Shown here: positions 20,899 through 39,475 of the stretch, one piece after another | Numbering within the stretch: position 1 is the stretch's first letter | Layout of the letters: each line of letters opens with the position of its first letter | DNA from: the human T2T-CHM13v2.0 reference genome, Homo sapiens | Assembly (NCBI RefSeq): GCF_009914755.1 | Contig: NC_060942.1 | Reading direction: 5' to 3' (one strand) | DNA length: 64,000 bases | The notes under the pieces: model-generated | Databases searched by the model: none | Told to the model about the DNA's origin: nothing | Seen by the model: the letters and a program-made list of their open reading frames with translations, nothing else | Position numbers and translations under genes: made by a program

Positions 20899-22490
20899 TA
20901 ATCAATTTATTTTTGACAAGAATGTTAAGACAATTCAATGAGGAAAAAACAGTCTTTTCAACAAATGGTGCTGGGACAACTGCATATCCACATGCAAAAC
21001 AATAAAGCTGGACCTCTACCTCATGCCATATATAAAAAGTAACTCAAATTGGATTACAGACTAAATGTGAGCTAAAATTATAAAACTATTAGACAAATAC
21101 ATAGAATTAAATTATCATTACTGGAGTTAGGCAATAATTTCTTAAATATGATGCCAAAAGCAGAAACCACAAAAGAAAAAAAAGATAAACTGGACTTCAT
21201 TAAACTTAAAAACCTTTGTGCTTCAAGGAACATCATGAAGAAAGTGAAAAGGTAATCTATAGAATGACAGAAAATATTTGCAAATCAGATCTCTGATAAG
21301 GGACTTGTGCCTCTGATAAGGCATATTAAAAGAAAACTCTTAAAACTCTATAATAAAAGACAACCCCATTAAAAATGGTCAAATAACTTTAATAGACATT
21401 CCCCAAAAAAGATACACAGATGACCAAAAAATCAAAAGCATAGGAGTCACTACCTCGGACTCACCAGGTTGGCTGTAATAAAAAAGATAACATGCTGATA
21501 AGAACGTGTGGGAATCTTAACCCTCACACATTTTTGTTAGGAATGTAAAACGGTGCAAATGATTTTGTAAACAGTCTGGGAGTTCTTCAAAATGTTGAGT
21601 TACCATGTGACCCAGAAATTGAAGGCTAACTAGAAGCCATGTTCAGAAACATGACAACCCCGAGGACGGCACCAGCAGGCACTCAGTGGAGACTCTGCTT
21701 TTGCTCCAGGCAAACAGGATGTTCCAAGGGACCAAGGGAGGCCAGCATCTGCTGTAAGCACACAACCCATTTAGAAGATGAAGAGTTAAGAACTCAGGGA
21801 AGGCTCATGCCTCATCACTGCTGGGCCTTACAGAGGAGGCACAGGATATGAGGTTTGGTCCAACCCAGCTGGCAGGGCTGGCTTTTCCAGTTAAAATGGA
21901 CCCAACAGTGTTGGCTGGGTAAGGAGGACAGAGGGCAGGCACTCCGAACAGGGTAGAACTTGCCTTCCCTCACATGCCTGTCTCCACCCTGACCCCAAAC
22001 TACAAAAGTCCTCAGTCCTCCTTCTCTAATTCAGAAACCAAAACTGTATATGAATGATATTTCTGGAGTCACAGGGCTCTGGCAATATAAACCTATTTTC
22101 ATTATTCAACTTCTATACTGAAGGATAACTCATCACCATTAACACGATTATGTCTTACCTTCCAGGTTAAAAGATATTACAAACATAAAATTTTCTTGAT
22201 ACCTAAGAGGTCTATCTAAATTTACCATACGTTTAAACAAATCAGAGCATGAATGACTCTAGAAGGTATGAAAGTCTTTTTCTGTCTAAAACAAAAATCC
22301 AAAATCCTTTTGGCCTGCCTGACTGCCTGGGCCCTGATTCAGTATGTTCTGGACAAACCTCCTCATCATGTGAGGTTCTCTCACTGTCGGCACAAACAGG
22401 GCTCATGTTTGGTGTGTGCTTCAAAGCTGGATATCTGTCTTCATGCCCTGAATTAAATCATAAGCTTCCCAATTGAAAGTGACCGTCCAA

Positions 22491-22872
<382 letters not shown>

Positions 22873-24074
22873 CTAAGACCCTCATTTCCTGACTCTGGCC
22901 CAGTGCTCCAACTGTGTAGGCATTCTTCTTACCACTGAAAACATAGTCCCCTGCTGGTTTCATCTTAAACTCAGTCAGCTACTAGTGACTAAAAAACTTT
23001 AGGATGTCACGCTTTTGCTGATCAAAGTGCAGCTCTGGCTCAGAACCATCCCCAAGGAACTGCGGCACCGTTTCTCAGTCTACGCACGAAGCAGCCATCA
23101 CCGCATGTTGGACTCATGTCTGCTTTTCCTTTACAAAGGGTCCAAAATAATGAAGAGGAGAATTTTAACAGTATTTTCTTGTCACCTAGGTCCTTTCACA
23201 CTAGGGAGGACCCTTAGGGCCTGGACCCACGTGCTGTTCTTCAACAAACCAAAGGGAGGGAAGCTCCTGGCCATTTCCATCACTCATGCAAAGGCCCATT
23301 GCCATGTTAAAGTTCTCATAGCTGCTTGGGGCATGAGATGCACATACATGATTTTTAATCTTTAAGCCACTTGGGAGATGTAGCATCCCCTTTATAGAGG
23401 CAGACAACTGAATGTCCCCTTCACAGTTATCCTGCTCACTCTCTGCCACAGTGCTGGCTCGATTCCCTCCCAGCTCACCTCCCCCTTCAGGCTGGTTTTC
23501 ACAAAAAAGCAAAATTAAACTTGAAGGGCAAATGTTTCTGACACTGCATTTCTATTGTCCTTTGTCATTTCCTCAAAATACTCTTGCTGTTTTTTAAAAG
23601 CATTCTTTTTCTCTTTTGCACCCAAATCAAGACAGTGTTGCCTGAAGTAGTTGGAGAAGCGTGGGAAAGTAGCCATCCTGGGGAAACCAGCAAGTTTCAA
23701 TGTAGATGCCCCCTCCCACATGTACAACACATACAAAGAGGAAAGTCCAGGTCTAGTGTGACACCCAAGGTGCTGCCAGAGGACAAGGAGATCAGAGCAC
23801 ACCTAGTCATCTCTGGGCCGGCTCACGAGGGCCCCACACACGGATGTCTAACTCTGCACATCACCCCACCACAAAGAAAACCACTGTAATGTGTAGGAAG
23901 ACATTCTTCCAGGCTTCTTTAACATGTATGGTTTTTAAAAATTAGGATCATACACTGTTATATTTTTCTTTATGGTTTGAATAGGGCTATATAACCACAT
24001 AGCTCAATATTCAAAAGGTATTTAGTGAAATCTCCAGCTACCCAGCCCCCTCCCCACAGGTAACCAATGACTTC

Positions 24075-24076
<2 letters not shown>

Positions 24077-24114
<38 letters not shown>

Positions 24115-24378
24115 CGGAGTTTCTCTCTTTGTTGCGCAGGCTGGAGTGCAATAGTGTGATCTTGGCTCACCGCAACCTCCGCCTCCTGGGTTCAGGCGAT
24201 TCTCCTGCCTCAGCCTCCTGAGTAGCTGGGATTACAGGCATGTACCACCACGCCCAGCTAATTTTGCATTTTTAGTAGAGACGGGGGTTCCTCCATGTTG
24301 GTCAGGCTGGTCTCGAACTCCCGACCTCAGGTGATCCGCCTGCCTTGGCCTCCCAAAGGGCTGGGATTACAGGCTTGA
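24077..24378 (-). mobile_element. Alu (AluS-like) with a long homopolymer tail
   Basis: About 35-nt poly-T followed by reverse Alu consensus. Confidence 0.92.
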
Positions 24379-24899
24379 GACTTAGCTTTTAATGTGCCCT
24401 TCTAGAGATATCTTATGCATACGAAAGCAAACAAATGTGAATTGTCTCTATCTTCCCTCTTTTCTAAACAATGGTAGCACACTACCAACACCGGTCTACT
24501 TCATGCTTTTTTCACTTAATTGTATATTTTGAAAACAGTCTTTTGCTGGATGTTCCTAGTTCTACTGGGGCAGTACCCCTGATTCACAGATGACCCTGAA
24601 CCGGAGAAAGATTACATCTGTTAATTATAATGTGCCCCCAGAGATGTGACAGACTGTTGTCACACTGGCCAGCAAAGAACCAGGCTGAAGACCCAGGCAT
24701 TAATTTATCAGTCAAAATTTGCTGAGGAGCAGGTCACCTCCCAGACCCCAAGCAGCCACAAATTTAAAATTTTTAATTGCCATATTACGAGTGGCAGGAA
24801 ACTGCTGCGGCTTACCACTGACTACAATCACATAGCAGGCACTTGAATCTTCACTGAATTAATGAATTAAACCTGTTGACCAGAGTTTTTGTTTATTTG

Positions 24900-25175
24900 C
24901 TTTTTGGAGACAGGGTCTTATTCTGTTGCCCAGGCTGCAGTGCAGTGTGGCTCACTGCAGTCTCAACCTCCCAGGCTCTAGCAATCCTCCCACCGCAGCC
25001 TCTCCAGTAGCTAGAACTATAAGCTCACAACCACCACACCCAGCTAATTAAAAAATATATATGTATTTGTAGAGACAGTCTCACCATGTAGCTAGGGCTA
25101 GTCTTGAATTCCTGGGGTCCAGTGATCCTCCTGCCTCAGCCTCCCAAATTGCTGGGATGACAGGCATGGCCTGGC
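24900..25175 (-). mobile_element. Alu (AluJ-like)
   Basis: Diverged reverse Alu. Confidence 0.85.
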
Positions 25176-25736
25176 TTGACCAGTTTTAAAATAAAACTCT
25201 AGAATTTTATTAAACTGACATTGGCTGACAATGTCACAAAACAGAAAGACAGGACAAGGTTTGAGCACAAAGTCATGAAATGTGTTCCATGTCCCTTATA
25301 GAGCAATGAGTCCCACCAGTCCGGCCCTGTGGACATTGCATTTGCCATAATCTTCCCCCATCTGGAGCCAAATGTCAGCATGCAGGTGAAGATGTTTTCA
25401 AGCAACAAAAACAGGGAGGCAATGTTTCAAATACTTGCACACGGGTGACAAGAGGCAAGGCTGTGTTTTCTTGCAAAAGGCTTTGCTTCCAAATGACTCA
25501 AGAAGGAAGCACTGAATTGCTCTGACCAGCTCCCTTCTTCTGGTCAAACTTGAGTGGCAGCCACTGGGTCACACACACCAGGTAGTGTTCCACACTGGCG
25601 ACTGCAAGGCAGGCACTGCGTCTGTTGCAGGCCAGTGGATTCTCCTGAGAGTCTGAGGACTTCCCACTCACTCCCCACCCCACATCCTTCCCTTCAGCAG
25701 AACAGACCCCAGAAAGAGAAGAGCATCTGAGAAACC

Positions 25737-25838
25737 CCATTCACGAGAGGGCAACCCCGGGAACCACCAGACCACCAGGGCTTCAGACCATTCACGAGAC
25801 GTCAACCCCGGGAACCACCAGACCACCAGGGCTTCAGA
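25737..25838. repeat. 51-bp tandem duplication
   Basis: CCATTCACGAGA..CAACCCCGGGAACCACCAGACCACCAGGGCTTCAGA x2. Confidence 0.85.
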
Positions 25839-26854
25839 AAGGCCAGGAGGTTCACAGAAGTGTTCTCTTGCGTGGCCGTGTCTCAATTTGAACTCACTTC
25901 TTTGAGCCAGGTAGAAACTTACTCATTGAACCCGTATTTTCCTGTGCTGGGCTGAACGGTGAAAGAAAAATATGGTCTCCATTTTATCCCCAAGAGAGCT
26001 CAGTATACAGTAGATACTAAAAACATTTACTAAACGACAGGTGACCAGCGTGAGGCAGGCCCCACCTTTGTTCATCTGAGGAGTGGTTTCAAGGCCTCTG
26101 AGCACAGCTGGAAAAGGGCCCGACCTGGTGCTCAGGAAGTCACATCCCACGGGGGAGACGGCAGCGAGCAGAGAGACCCCAAGTGAAAACTGCGGAAGCC
26201 GCCATGGGGAGGTGAGGGGAGGTGAGCGGAGGGGAGGCCAGGGGAGGGGAGTTCCCGGACACACGGTCCTGGAGAACACAGGCCACATGCACAAGGCCAC
26301 CCAGGTCCCTCTACATTGACCCCCAGCCTCCTCAATCAGCTCTGCTGGGTGAGTCGCAGGCACCAAGTGCCCCTACAGCTCACATTGTCTGCAAGGGGTC
26401 CCCACCCCCACAAGGCCCGCCCACCCCAGGCTTGCCCCAAGGTGCGCAGACTGTCTCTCGTCTAAGGTCCCAGACACCACAGGGTCTTGGCCCCCAGGCC
26501 CACAGACTGCATCTCCTAAGATGCAGCCCTGAAGCCCCACCCCCATCCACAGACTGCGCCTCCCACCTAAGGCCCCGCCCACTGAGGCCCCATCCCCTGC
26601 CCACAGACTGCGCCTCCCACCTAAGGCCCTTCTCCACCAAAGACCTGCCTCACACCCCCAGGGGCCTGCCTCCCATCTAAGGCCCCCACCCCAGGCCTAC
26701 AGGTGAGAACAGTGAACAACTGCAGGTGATCAGAAACAGAGACAGATTCCCACAGGAAATGTTCATCAAAATACTTATAAGGGTGACAAATGGAAACAGT
26801 AAGTGCATCAAACACATGAAAGCACATTTCCAGGTGGAGATATGATGAAGCTAA

Positions 26855-27161
<307 letters not shown>

Positions 27162-30100
27162 AGAAGTGGTATTTGAAAAGGATTTAAGGGCTCAAGGAAG
27201 CCTTTACAATATAGTAAATTTAAAAACACACACACAAAAACACAACACCGAATCTGCAGCGAGGTCCCAGTTAGGTCAGAAATTACCTTGGCACAAAACA
27301 GAGCAGATGGGCAAGGCCCCTGGGCTGGGAATCCTGTCTGAGCCAGGAGCCCCCTCAGGCCAAGGAAGTCAGGACCTCTGGGGCTGGGCCCAGGCAAGGT
27401 CATTTCAGAAAGTTCTAGCTCCTGCTCCTTGAGGATGTTCCTTGAACCAGAAGCATTCCCTGGAGCCAGCTGGAAATGCTCTACACCAGACCCGGAGTCC
27501 AAATCTGCACTCTCATGGGAGTCAGGGCTCATGTGCACATTAAAGGTTGCACAACTGACCTGTCTTCGTGTAGCTGATGGTTTGCTCGAGCCAGAAGTTA
27601 GACAGTAATCCACACATGCAAATATGTAATTGCAAACTCTGAGAGATGCAAATGAAGACTGTAAAACACAGGCCCTAATTTAAACTCAGGGAATAAGGAG
27701 TGGAAATAACTGGGTGAAGCGTGAGGACAGAGAGCATTTCATCCCATGGCACAACCAAAGGAGCCTGGACAGCCCCAGGAATGAGGAGGGCAGTGTGGGC
27801 GGCCAGGCAAACAGGACTGTGTGTGTCTGAGATGCTCCAGGGACGTGTTGACACAGGGAGTTGGCTCCAGGACGTGCTGGGGGCCTTCAGGTGTCTCCCA
27901 CATTCCCCCACGCATCCAGGTGGGTCATAGGGTCACAGTGTCACCATTTCAGAGGAAGAAGACCCTCAAGTCTCACTGTCAGGGTGGGGTCACATGCCCA
28001 GCTCTAAACCATTCACTGGCAGGGGCTGAGACTCGCCTTAGACTGTCAGAGCCCCTGGCCTACAGCAGGGTCTGTTGGGAGGGGATGGCGATGCTGGCCT
28101 ACCATCCAAGCCCAGACGCATTCCAGCTGTAAAGGATCTCACGCGTGTGCATGGCAAACATGAGCTGCCTCAGACCTTCAAGCCGGGGAGCACCTGTGCA
28201 CATCTGTGCCCTGTAGGAAACTAAGAAACACAGAAAGAACTCCATGTAGGAAAAGAGAGTGCAACAGGTCTTAAAGAAATACAGGCGGTCATCCTAATGA
28301 GGAACCTGTTGGAGCGTGGGACTCGGCAGTAGTTTGCTATAGAATGACTTCTTGGGCTGACACGTTGGGACGGTTTAAAATCGGGCCACACACCTATGAG
28401 TCAGATGAGGTGGAGCCTGGCGCCTGCCTAGGTGCTGTCCACCCAAGATCCAGAGTGATGATGGTGCAGCCGTTGGCACTCGCAGAACTGCCCAGACGAG
28501 CATCATGCCAGACTGTGCAGGGTGACGGCTAAACCCACTGTACCCTGTGGCCCCTCTGAGCACAGACAGTCCCTGCAGAGGGCCTGCCATTCTGGTTCAT
28601 GCATGTGTTCTGGACCAATGCACCCAGCACTGCTAAATGTAGGAGGTGGGAGGGGTAGCAGTGAGGGAGGGGTAGCAGTGGAGGACACAGAGGTCTATGA
28701 ACATGGTCTCCGTCCAGAAGGGATTTACCATACAGGAGAGAAGTCAGAGTCTCTGCCAAGCTTTGTGTGCATGCTCTCTGTAATCCTGATGGCAACCCTA
28801 GGGAGGTGTCACTGTTCCCACTTTACAAACCAGGAGACTGAAACCTAGAGGGGTTCAATAACCTGCCCATAGTCACAAGGCTAGTAAATGAAGGACCTGA
28901 GGCTGAATTCAAAAAGGGAATTTGGAAAAGACCTAAAGAGCTACAGTGATGGGAGAGAGAATTCCAAATGGAAGGTCAGGGACAAGGGGTGCCCTTTGTG
29001 AGAAGGAACACCCCAGGTGGGAGGGGATGCCCCTCATGGAGGGAATGGACAAGGATGGCCCATCAGCAAGGGAGTGGGATGAACGGGCCAGGGTTACTCC
29101 AGAAGCAACTAAGGGCTCAGGAGACTCTAGTGCTGAGAGGTAGGGCCAGGGGAAAGGTGCTGGGGGTTGGCCTGGGCCCAAGTGTGTGAGGCGTGAGCAC
29201 AGGCTGCGCATCTGTCCCTGCCTTCATAAGACTTTCCTGAAAGGTAAATTCACTTAGGCAGAAGCCTCGAACTCCAGCCCGTGGAAGAAAGTGGGGTCCC
29301 ATTCCGATGTGAGCTCATGATACATGGAGGAATTAGGCAGTTCTGCATCCGAGCTGTGCTGCCCACTGGGAGCGGCTGAGGGGATGCAGGCTGGGTCACT
29401 GGAGTTGTACAAATACAGACAGACAACATAGCAAAGCTGCAAAGAGCCAGGCTCTGAGTGGACACACCTGGGTTCCAATCCTCACCTGTACTGGCTGTGT
29501 AACTCTGGATAATTTATTCAACTTCTCTGATCCTGTTCCTCCTTCATAAAATAGATAAAAACATTCATCCCAGGGTTGTGGTGAGACTCTAATATGAACA
29601 CATGTCCTGTGTTCAATATAGGCCCTGGTGAGCGAGTGAGACTCCAGCCAATGGGAGCAATTCACTCGCTCAACTTGCTCACCAAGCTGTTTGTTCTCCC
29701 CCAGGCCTAGAGACGGGTTCGGCATCTCACAGGCATCCACAGGGATGGCTGCCGAGCCCTTCTCAAAAACCCAAAGTTGCAAGCACAGTAAAGGCAGACC
29801 TCTTGCATGTATGGAGTTATAATAGCACAGGATAGTAAGCCTGTTTTGGGCTCACACTGTGGGCCTGAGCTGCTGGCAGATTCAGCCTTCCGGCAGCTGA
29901 ACCACAAGCCCTAATCTCTGAGCAGAAGCCACTGCGTTCCTACACTTGTCCCTTCACTGCTGGCAGGTAGCTGTTTTTCAGGGCATTTTTAAAAAATGAA
30001 ATAACCTTTTAGTAATTCCATGAGTGAAAAGCTGTGCTCATGAGTGTGACCAGAGCCAGCAGCTCTGGGTGGAGATAAAGAGTGGTAGGTTCTGCCCCCG

Positions 30101-30278
30101 CCCCCCAAGCCACACAATTCAACAGGCCTCTGCTAGGTGGTGTCCACACCAGGGACTGGGTGGGTGGGATGGGTCACCAGGAGTACTCTGACCTCCACTG
30201 CAGAAAGCCTACTGCGGGGCTGCTGAAGCAAGTGGATGAGGTGGCCAGGCCTGCAGTCCTGGGCCTGTGCTCCTTGCA

Positions 30279-30632
30279 TGTATTAGTCCGTTTTCACGCT
30301 GCTGATAAAGACATACCCGAGACTGGGAAGTAAAAGAGGTTTAATTGGACTTACAGTTCCACATGGCTGGGGAGGCCTCAGAATCATGGTGGGAGGTGAA
30401 AGGCACTTCTTACATGGTGGCAGCAAGAAAAAAATGAGGAAGATATGAAAGTGGAAACCCCTGATAAAACCATCAGATCTCATGAGACTTATTCACTACC
30501 ACGAGAACAATGTGGGGGAAACTGCCCCCATGATTCAAATTATCTCCCACCAGGTCCCTCCCACAACACGTGGGAGTTATGAGAGTACAATTCAAGATGA
30601 GATTTGGGTGAGGACACAGCCAAGCCATATCA
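30279..30632 (-). mobile_element. THE1-type solo LTR
   Basis: TGTATTAGTCCGTTTTCACGCTGCTGATAAAGACATACCCGAGACTGGG ... CCATATCA. Confidence 0.9.
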
Positions 30633-32676
30633 CTACACCTGCCCCATCTCCACCAGACAGACTGGACACAAGGCCAAACACGCCCACACCAGCATTCATG
30701 GGCAGGATCAGAGGCTCAGGCAGCTGAGGAGAGGGTCTAAGATGCATGAGGGCATTTAGGAAGCAGCCCATCCCTGAGTGGTGTCCTTCCTACAACCCAC
30801 GGGGCCACATCCCTGGGGAACTGCTACCAGCTCATGGTGCAGGACAGGTGAGTGTGGGCTCACAGGTAAACCCTCCTGAGGGACAGACCTCCTTGCACAC
30901 AGGGACCTGGGGCTGCTCATCTCCTGAGGAGTGGAGTGGGGCCTCCTCAACAGTGAGACCCTCAAGGGACAGAGCTCCACACACGCAGGGACCCCAGCTG
31001 CTCATCTCCTGAGGAGTGGAGTGGGGCTTCGTCAACATACCATTTATTTCAATTGCATCTCTCTGATGTCTGCTGCTCCTGTCCATGCAGACACACAGTG
31101 TCACCTTCCAGGCAAACTATCCTACCTCTGACAAAGGAGAACATTCATGCAAAGTTTTTAAACAAAACAAAGCCACCTGAGGAGGTACAGGATTTAACAT
31201 TCAGCATCAATCACTCATGTGCCACCGCATAGCCGGTGACTGGAACCGGCGGGTCTCACACAGGACCCAGGAGGCCTGTCCCCACAGCTGGGCCTGCACT
31301 CCCTCTCATCCCTGCACCAGTACAGGTGCTGATGGGCCCAAGGTGACTGCAGGCCATGGGGGTCAGTGCCACTTCCTCTCCCTCATGAAGGACCACTTTG
31401 AAGCCAGAGAAGTTTATTTTGTCCCAAGGAAACACCCCCTTATTATTGCAGACACCAGCAAGGCATGAGGTCAGGACTGTGGGTGGAAAGCCAGTCAGGG
31501 AGGCCCCTGAGCCACGGGATACAGGTGCTAACATTGCTTTTGTTTCCAAATCCTCTAGAACAGCTGATCACCTAAAAATGACAGCTGTAACAGCCCCAAA
31601 CTCCTTTCACAGCCTTAACCAGGAACCTCAGGGGCCTCACACCCGCACCCAGGTCCCCAGAAAGGGGCCTCTTGAGGGCTTATGCACAGGCGTACTGTCC
31701 ATCCTGTCTCAGAAGCAAAGGCAAAAAGAGAGATCTCACACCTTAGAACTGACTGATTTATAACCCAGCTTTTGACAAGCGTACTGATGTGATAAGACAG
31801 AAAATAAATGCACCCATTCAGCAGGCAGGCTTTTAGGAGGAGCGGAGAGATTCACACAGTGCTCTGACGGCCCTCGAGACACAAAGGCTTCACGAACACC
31901 CTCCGAGTGTAGAAGGGATGAGCTGCCAACCAGGCAACCCAGGCACACCTCCCAGGCTGAAGGTGGAGTGGAAGCTCTTGGCCCTGCGGGTGTCCACAGC
32001 TCACCATGAGTGAAGCTGCTGTGAGGTCTTCATTCCACATGTCAAGTTCAGGCACGTTTTCCAAGAAAGATTGTCCAACTTTCATTGTACACAAAGGGCC
32101 CCAGCACAGCGATGTCCTGGACCTCTGGCACAGTGTCAGGCCTGTTCTCATCTCAGGTCCCAGCTTCTCCCACAACATCCAGCCCACCAGAGGGACCCCA
32201 GAGATTGATCAGCTGGTGTGAACTCAAGGAAAGCCAGGAAATGCATAAGAACAGCCAATCAAACCACAGAATTCGAAGAAGGGTTGTGAAAGCCCTTCAC
32301 ACATCAGCAGTAGGGACCTTAAATTCTGTAAGATAAAGGATCTTTTCTGATTTTGATTAATCCACAAATAGCTAATAAGTTGTGGTTCAAGGCCTCCAGG
32401 ACCTACAACTGCCTCACCCCAAATCCAGACAGGGGTCACAGTCTCTGTGTACACCAGAGCCAGGAACAATCCCAATGCTGAGTCATAGGTAAGATCAATG
32501 ACCGAGATCACCCCCATAGGGCAGACTTGCATCACTGAAAGCCAGTATTAGTGGGGCATGGTGGTGTGCACCTGTAGTCCCAGCTACTCGGGAGGGAGGC
32601 TGAGACAGGAGGATCACTCAAGCCCAGGTGAGTGACTGGTGAGACTCACCAGTCACCAAGTCAAGGTGACTGTAAT

Positions 32677-36427
<3,751 letters not shown>

Positions 36428-37287
36428 AACTATTTTTTTAACCAAAAGTAAAAAAAATAAAAATAAAAACAAAAAACTGGTCTGGCGATAGAGACCCTAA
36501 TAGTGGTTACCTCGGGGGTAGGTACTCACTAGAAAAGGGCATGAAGGAACCTTCCTGGATGCTGGAATGTTCTGCATCTTGACCACCAAGCCGTACACTT
36601 AAGATGAGTGTATTTCACTGTAATACACTCACTGAACACAGCAGACACTGTCGTTGGGCTAAGGGGGTCTGGGACAGCTTCCTGAACAGGCAGTGATTTG
36701 AGCCCTGAGGCAGGAAGGCAAGGCTGAACTTCCACTGGCAAGAGTAGGAAAGGATCGGCTTGCTGGGAGGTCACAGAATCGGGGGGCGGGCGGGGGAAGT
36801 GGGAGGTGACAGATAGACTAGTAGTTTCACGTAGGCCACGTGGGAGGGCCTCGGTGCCCAGGCTGAAAGCATCCTGCACTACAGTGGTTTTCAAACTTTT
36901 TAATCAGCGAAAGCCTTTTCTTCCCCCAAGTGAAATGCTACACATGTATCTCAAAACCAAGCAGATCTGCTCTGGTTGGGGCTGGGGAGTGGAGCCCTCC
37001 CCTCTTAGACTCCTCTGCCACTGTCTATGAAGTATGGGATGAGTGACTGATGTGAAGGGAGAATAAGGGAGAGGTGGGGCAGGGGCCAGGGTACAGGAGA
37101 GCTCGTCCTTAGACCCCAGGAACATGGGAGCAGCAGGGAGAAGAGGGGGTCGAAGGTACCTGATGACACAGCTGTACCAGAAGTGCTCTGGTCCAGCCAC
37201 CCCATTCCCAGTGGGCTGGTCCTTGGAGCACTTGAGTGTGCCCAGGCAACTCTGCAAGAGGAAGTGTGTAGGGCTGCTGGTCTACAA

Positions 37288-37495
37288 CAGGGGTACCCTG
37301 GGCTACACTGGAGGAAGAATCATCATCTTGGGCCACACATAAAATGCACTAATGACAGCTGATGAGCTAAAAAAAAAATTACCAAAAAAAAATCTCATAA
37401 AGTTTTAGGAAAGTTTATGAGTTTGTGTTGGGCCACGTTATTCAAAGCCATCCTGTTCCACATGTGGCCCATAGGCCATGGATTGGACAAGCTTG
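37288..37495 (+). mobile_element. MER30 hAT MITE
   Basis: CAGGGGT...TTGGGCCACACATAAAAT...GGACAAGCTTG with a perfect 8-bp TSD GTCTACAA. Confidence 0.85.
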
Positions 37496-37753
37496 GTCTA
37501 CAAGGAAGGGGCACAAGCACCCCTGGAGCTGCTGAGCTGGCAACAAGCAGGTTCCTGGCCTATCTCTGAGCACTGAGAAACTCAGGAGGTGCCAACAGCA
37601 ACAGAAATAGCTATGTGGGCTTTTAATTTCCAAAGTACCTCACCTTTTCCCCTCAGCTACAGCACTAGTGCCACTTACCTTCACAGGATACAGAGGGCAA
37701 GGCCACTGACGCCTCTCAGGGATGCCCCGGCAATGAGCCAACTGGCAAATCAA

Positions 37754-38245
37754 TGTATCAATACATTTTAATTGGTAAAGAAAAGAAGCTTATTTGGCTC
37801 ACAGTTCTGCAGACTGTACAAGAAGCATGGTGCCAGTATCTGTTTCTGGGGAGGGCTTCTGGCTGCTTCTACTCACAGTGGAAGGTGGAAGGAGAGCCGG
37901 CATGTGCAGAGATCATGTGGCAAGAGAGGAGGCAACGGGGGAGGAGCCAGGCTCTTGTTAACAACCAGCTCTTGCTAGAACTCATAGAGCAAGAACTCAC
38001 TCATTACCATGAGGATGGCACCAAGCCATTCACGAGGGATCCACCTCCATGACCCAAACACTTCCGTTTAGGCTGTACCTCCAACATCGGGGACCAAATT
38101 TCAACATGAGGTTTTGATGGTCAAATATCTAAGCTATAACATTCTCCCTGTTCCCACAAATCTCATGTCCTTATGACACTGCAAAATATAATCATCCCTT
38201 CTCAATAGTTCCCAAAAGTCCTAACTTGTTCCAGCATCAGCTCAA
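37754..38245 (-). mobile_element. MST-type MaLR LTR plus a small internal fragment
   Basis: TTTGGCTCACAGTTCTGCAGACTGTACAAGAAGCATGG and ACTCACTCATTACCATGAG motifs. Confidence 0.7.
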
Positions 38246-39333
38246 AAGTGCAAGTAGTTGTCCCTTTCCTCAAAAAGTAATTTTCTAAATTTGCTCAACG
38301 GACCATTTCTGAACCAGTAGCTGTCAGGAAAACCCACTTGTTTTTCATCTGAATTCGACCCAAGGAACACTGATTGTGTCCCTAATATAAACAAGGCACT
38401 GCTCTTCCCACCTCCAATGCTGAGCTCTTCCTTACACAGCACGCCATTGAGAAACGCAGCTAGGGTTCTGAACTGGCCTCTGAAAACATGTGGGGAGGAT
38501 TAAAGAGCCCCAAATAAGGACAAGTGGGGACTGGACCCTACCTGCTTCTGGGAGCTATGGAGACCTGGCCTAGAATCTCAAACCACCTCACACAGGCATC
38601 ACTGTTGCCGATGCAGAGACTATCAGAGCAATTTCAGGGGAGACTCAGCACATTGACTGGTCTTGCGGGGTGGTGGGATGACTGGGCTGCACCGGAAACC
38701 TCCGATTTCAAGGAGACGTGAGGCTGTGGATCTGGTGATAGCTTGATTATCAAGACAAAGGACATTCCACCTCACCCAAATCTGCCCACTTACCTGACTG
38801 AACCTTCACTGGTGTTTTTAAGGCAGGGATGTTGTACGTTTTACCCCAGCACATGCCCTATGCCTGCCACAAAGTAGTTGCTCAGTAAATGAGTAAACAA
38901 ATGTATGGATAAGATCAGACTCTGAAAGAATAGCTACTGAATAGAGGACTTCCCGTGAGGCCATGCAGCAAGAACCTTCTACAGTGATGCAAGAAAAATA
39001 GAACTTCTCCCCATAAAACACAAGACTAACCCTCCCAGCTGTTTCTTGCAAGCTCCAGATTCAGACAGCTGAGGGAGTCTCTCACCCTATGCACGGTGAG
39101 CTGGGAATGTGTGCACCTGTGTCCTGGTTTGTATTTCATGGCTTATTGGATCCTGAGAGGGGTGTGAGCCCTCTTCCAGCAGCCACGGACAACTGGTGGT
39201 TCCCACTCTAGACTTTGGAGCTAGACTATCTGGGTTCCAACCCCACTTATGAGCTTTATGACCTTCGGCAGGTCAGTGAAGCACCCTGTGACTCAGTTTC
39301 CTCTTCATCTGTATAGTGGGTGTGATAAACGAA

Positions 39334-39475
39334 CCCACGTTACAGTATTGAGATGGGCATTAGTGAACTATCTGCAATTGCAATGCATTTAGGATGGTCC
39401 CTGGCCCACGTTACAGTATTGTGATGGGCATTAGTGAACTATCTGCAATTGCAATGTATTTAGGATGGTCCCTGG
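39334..39475. repeat. 71-bp tandem duplication within a MIR-like remnant
   Basis: CCCACGTTACAGTATTG(A/T)GATGGGCATTAGTGAACTATCTGCAATTGCAATG(C/T)ATTTAGGATGGTCCCTGG x2. MIR core motifs (CTGGGTTCCAA, CTCAGTTTCCTC..ATCTGTA) lie upstream. Confidence 0.85.
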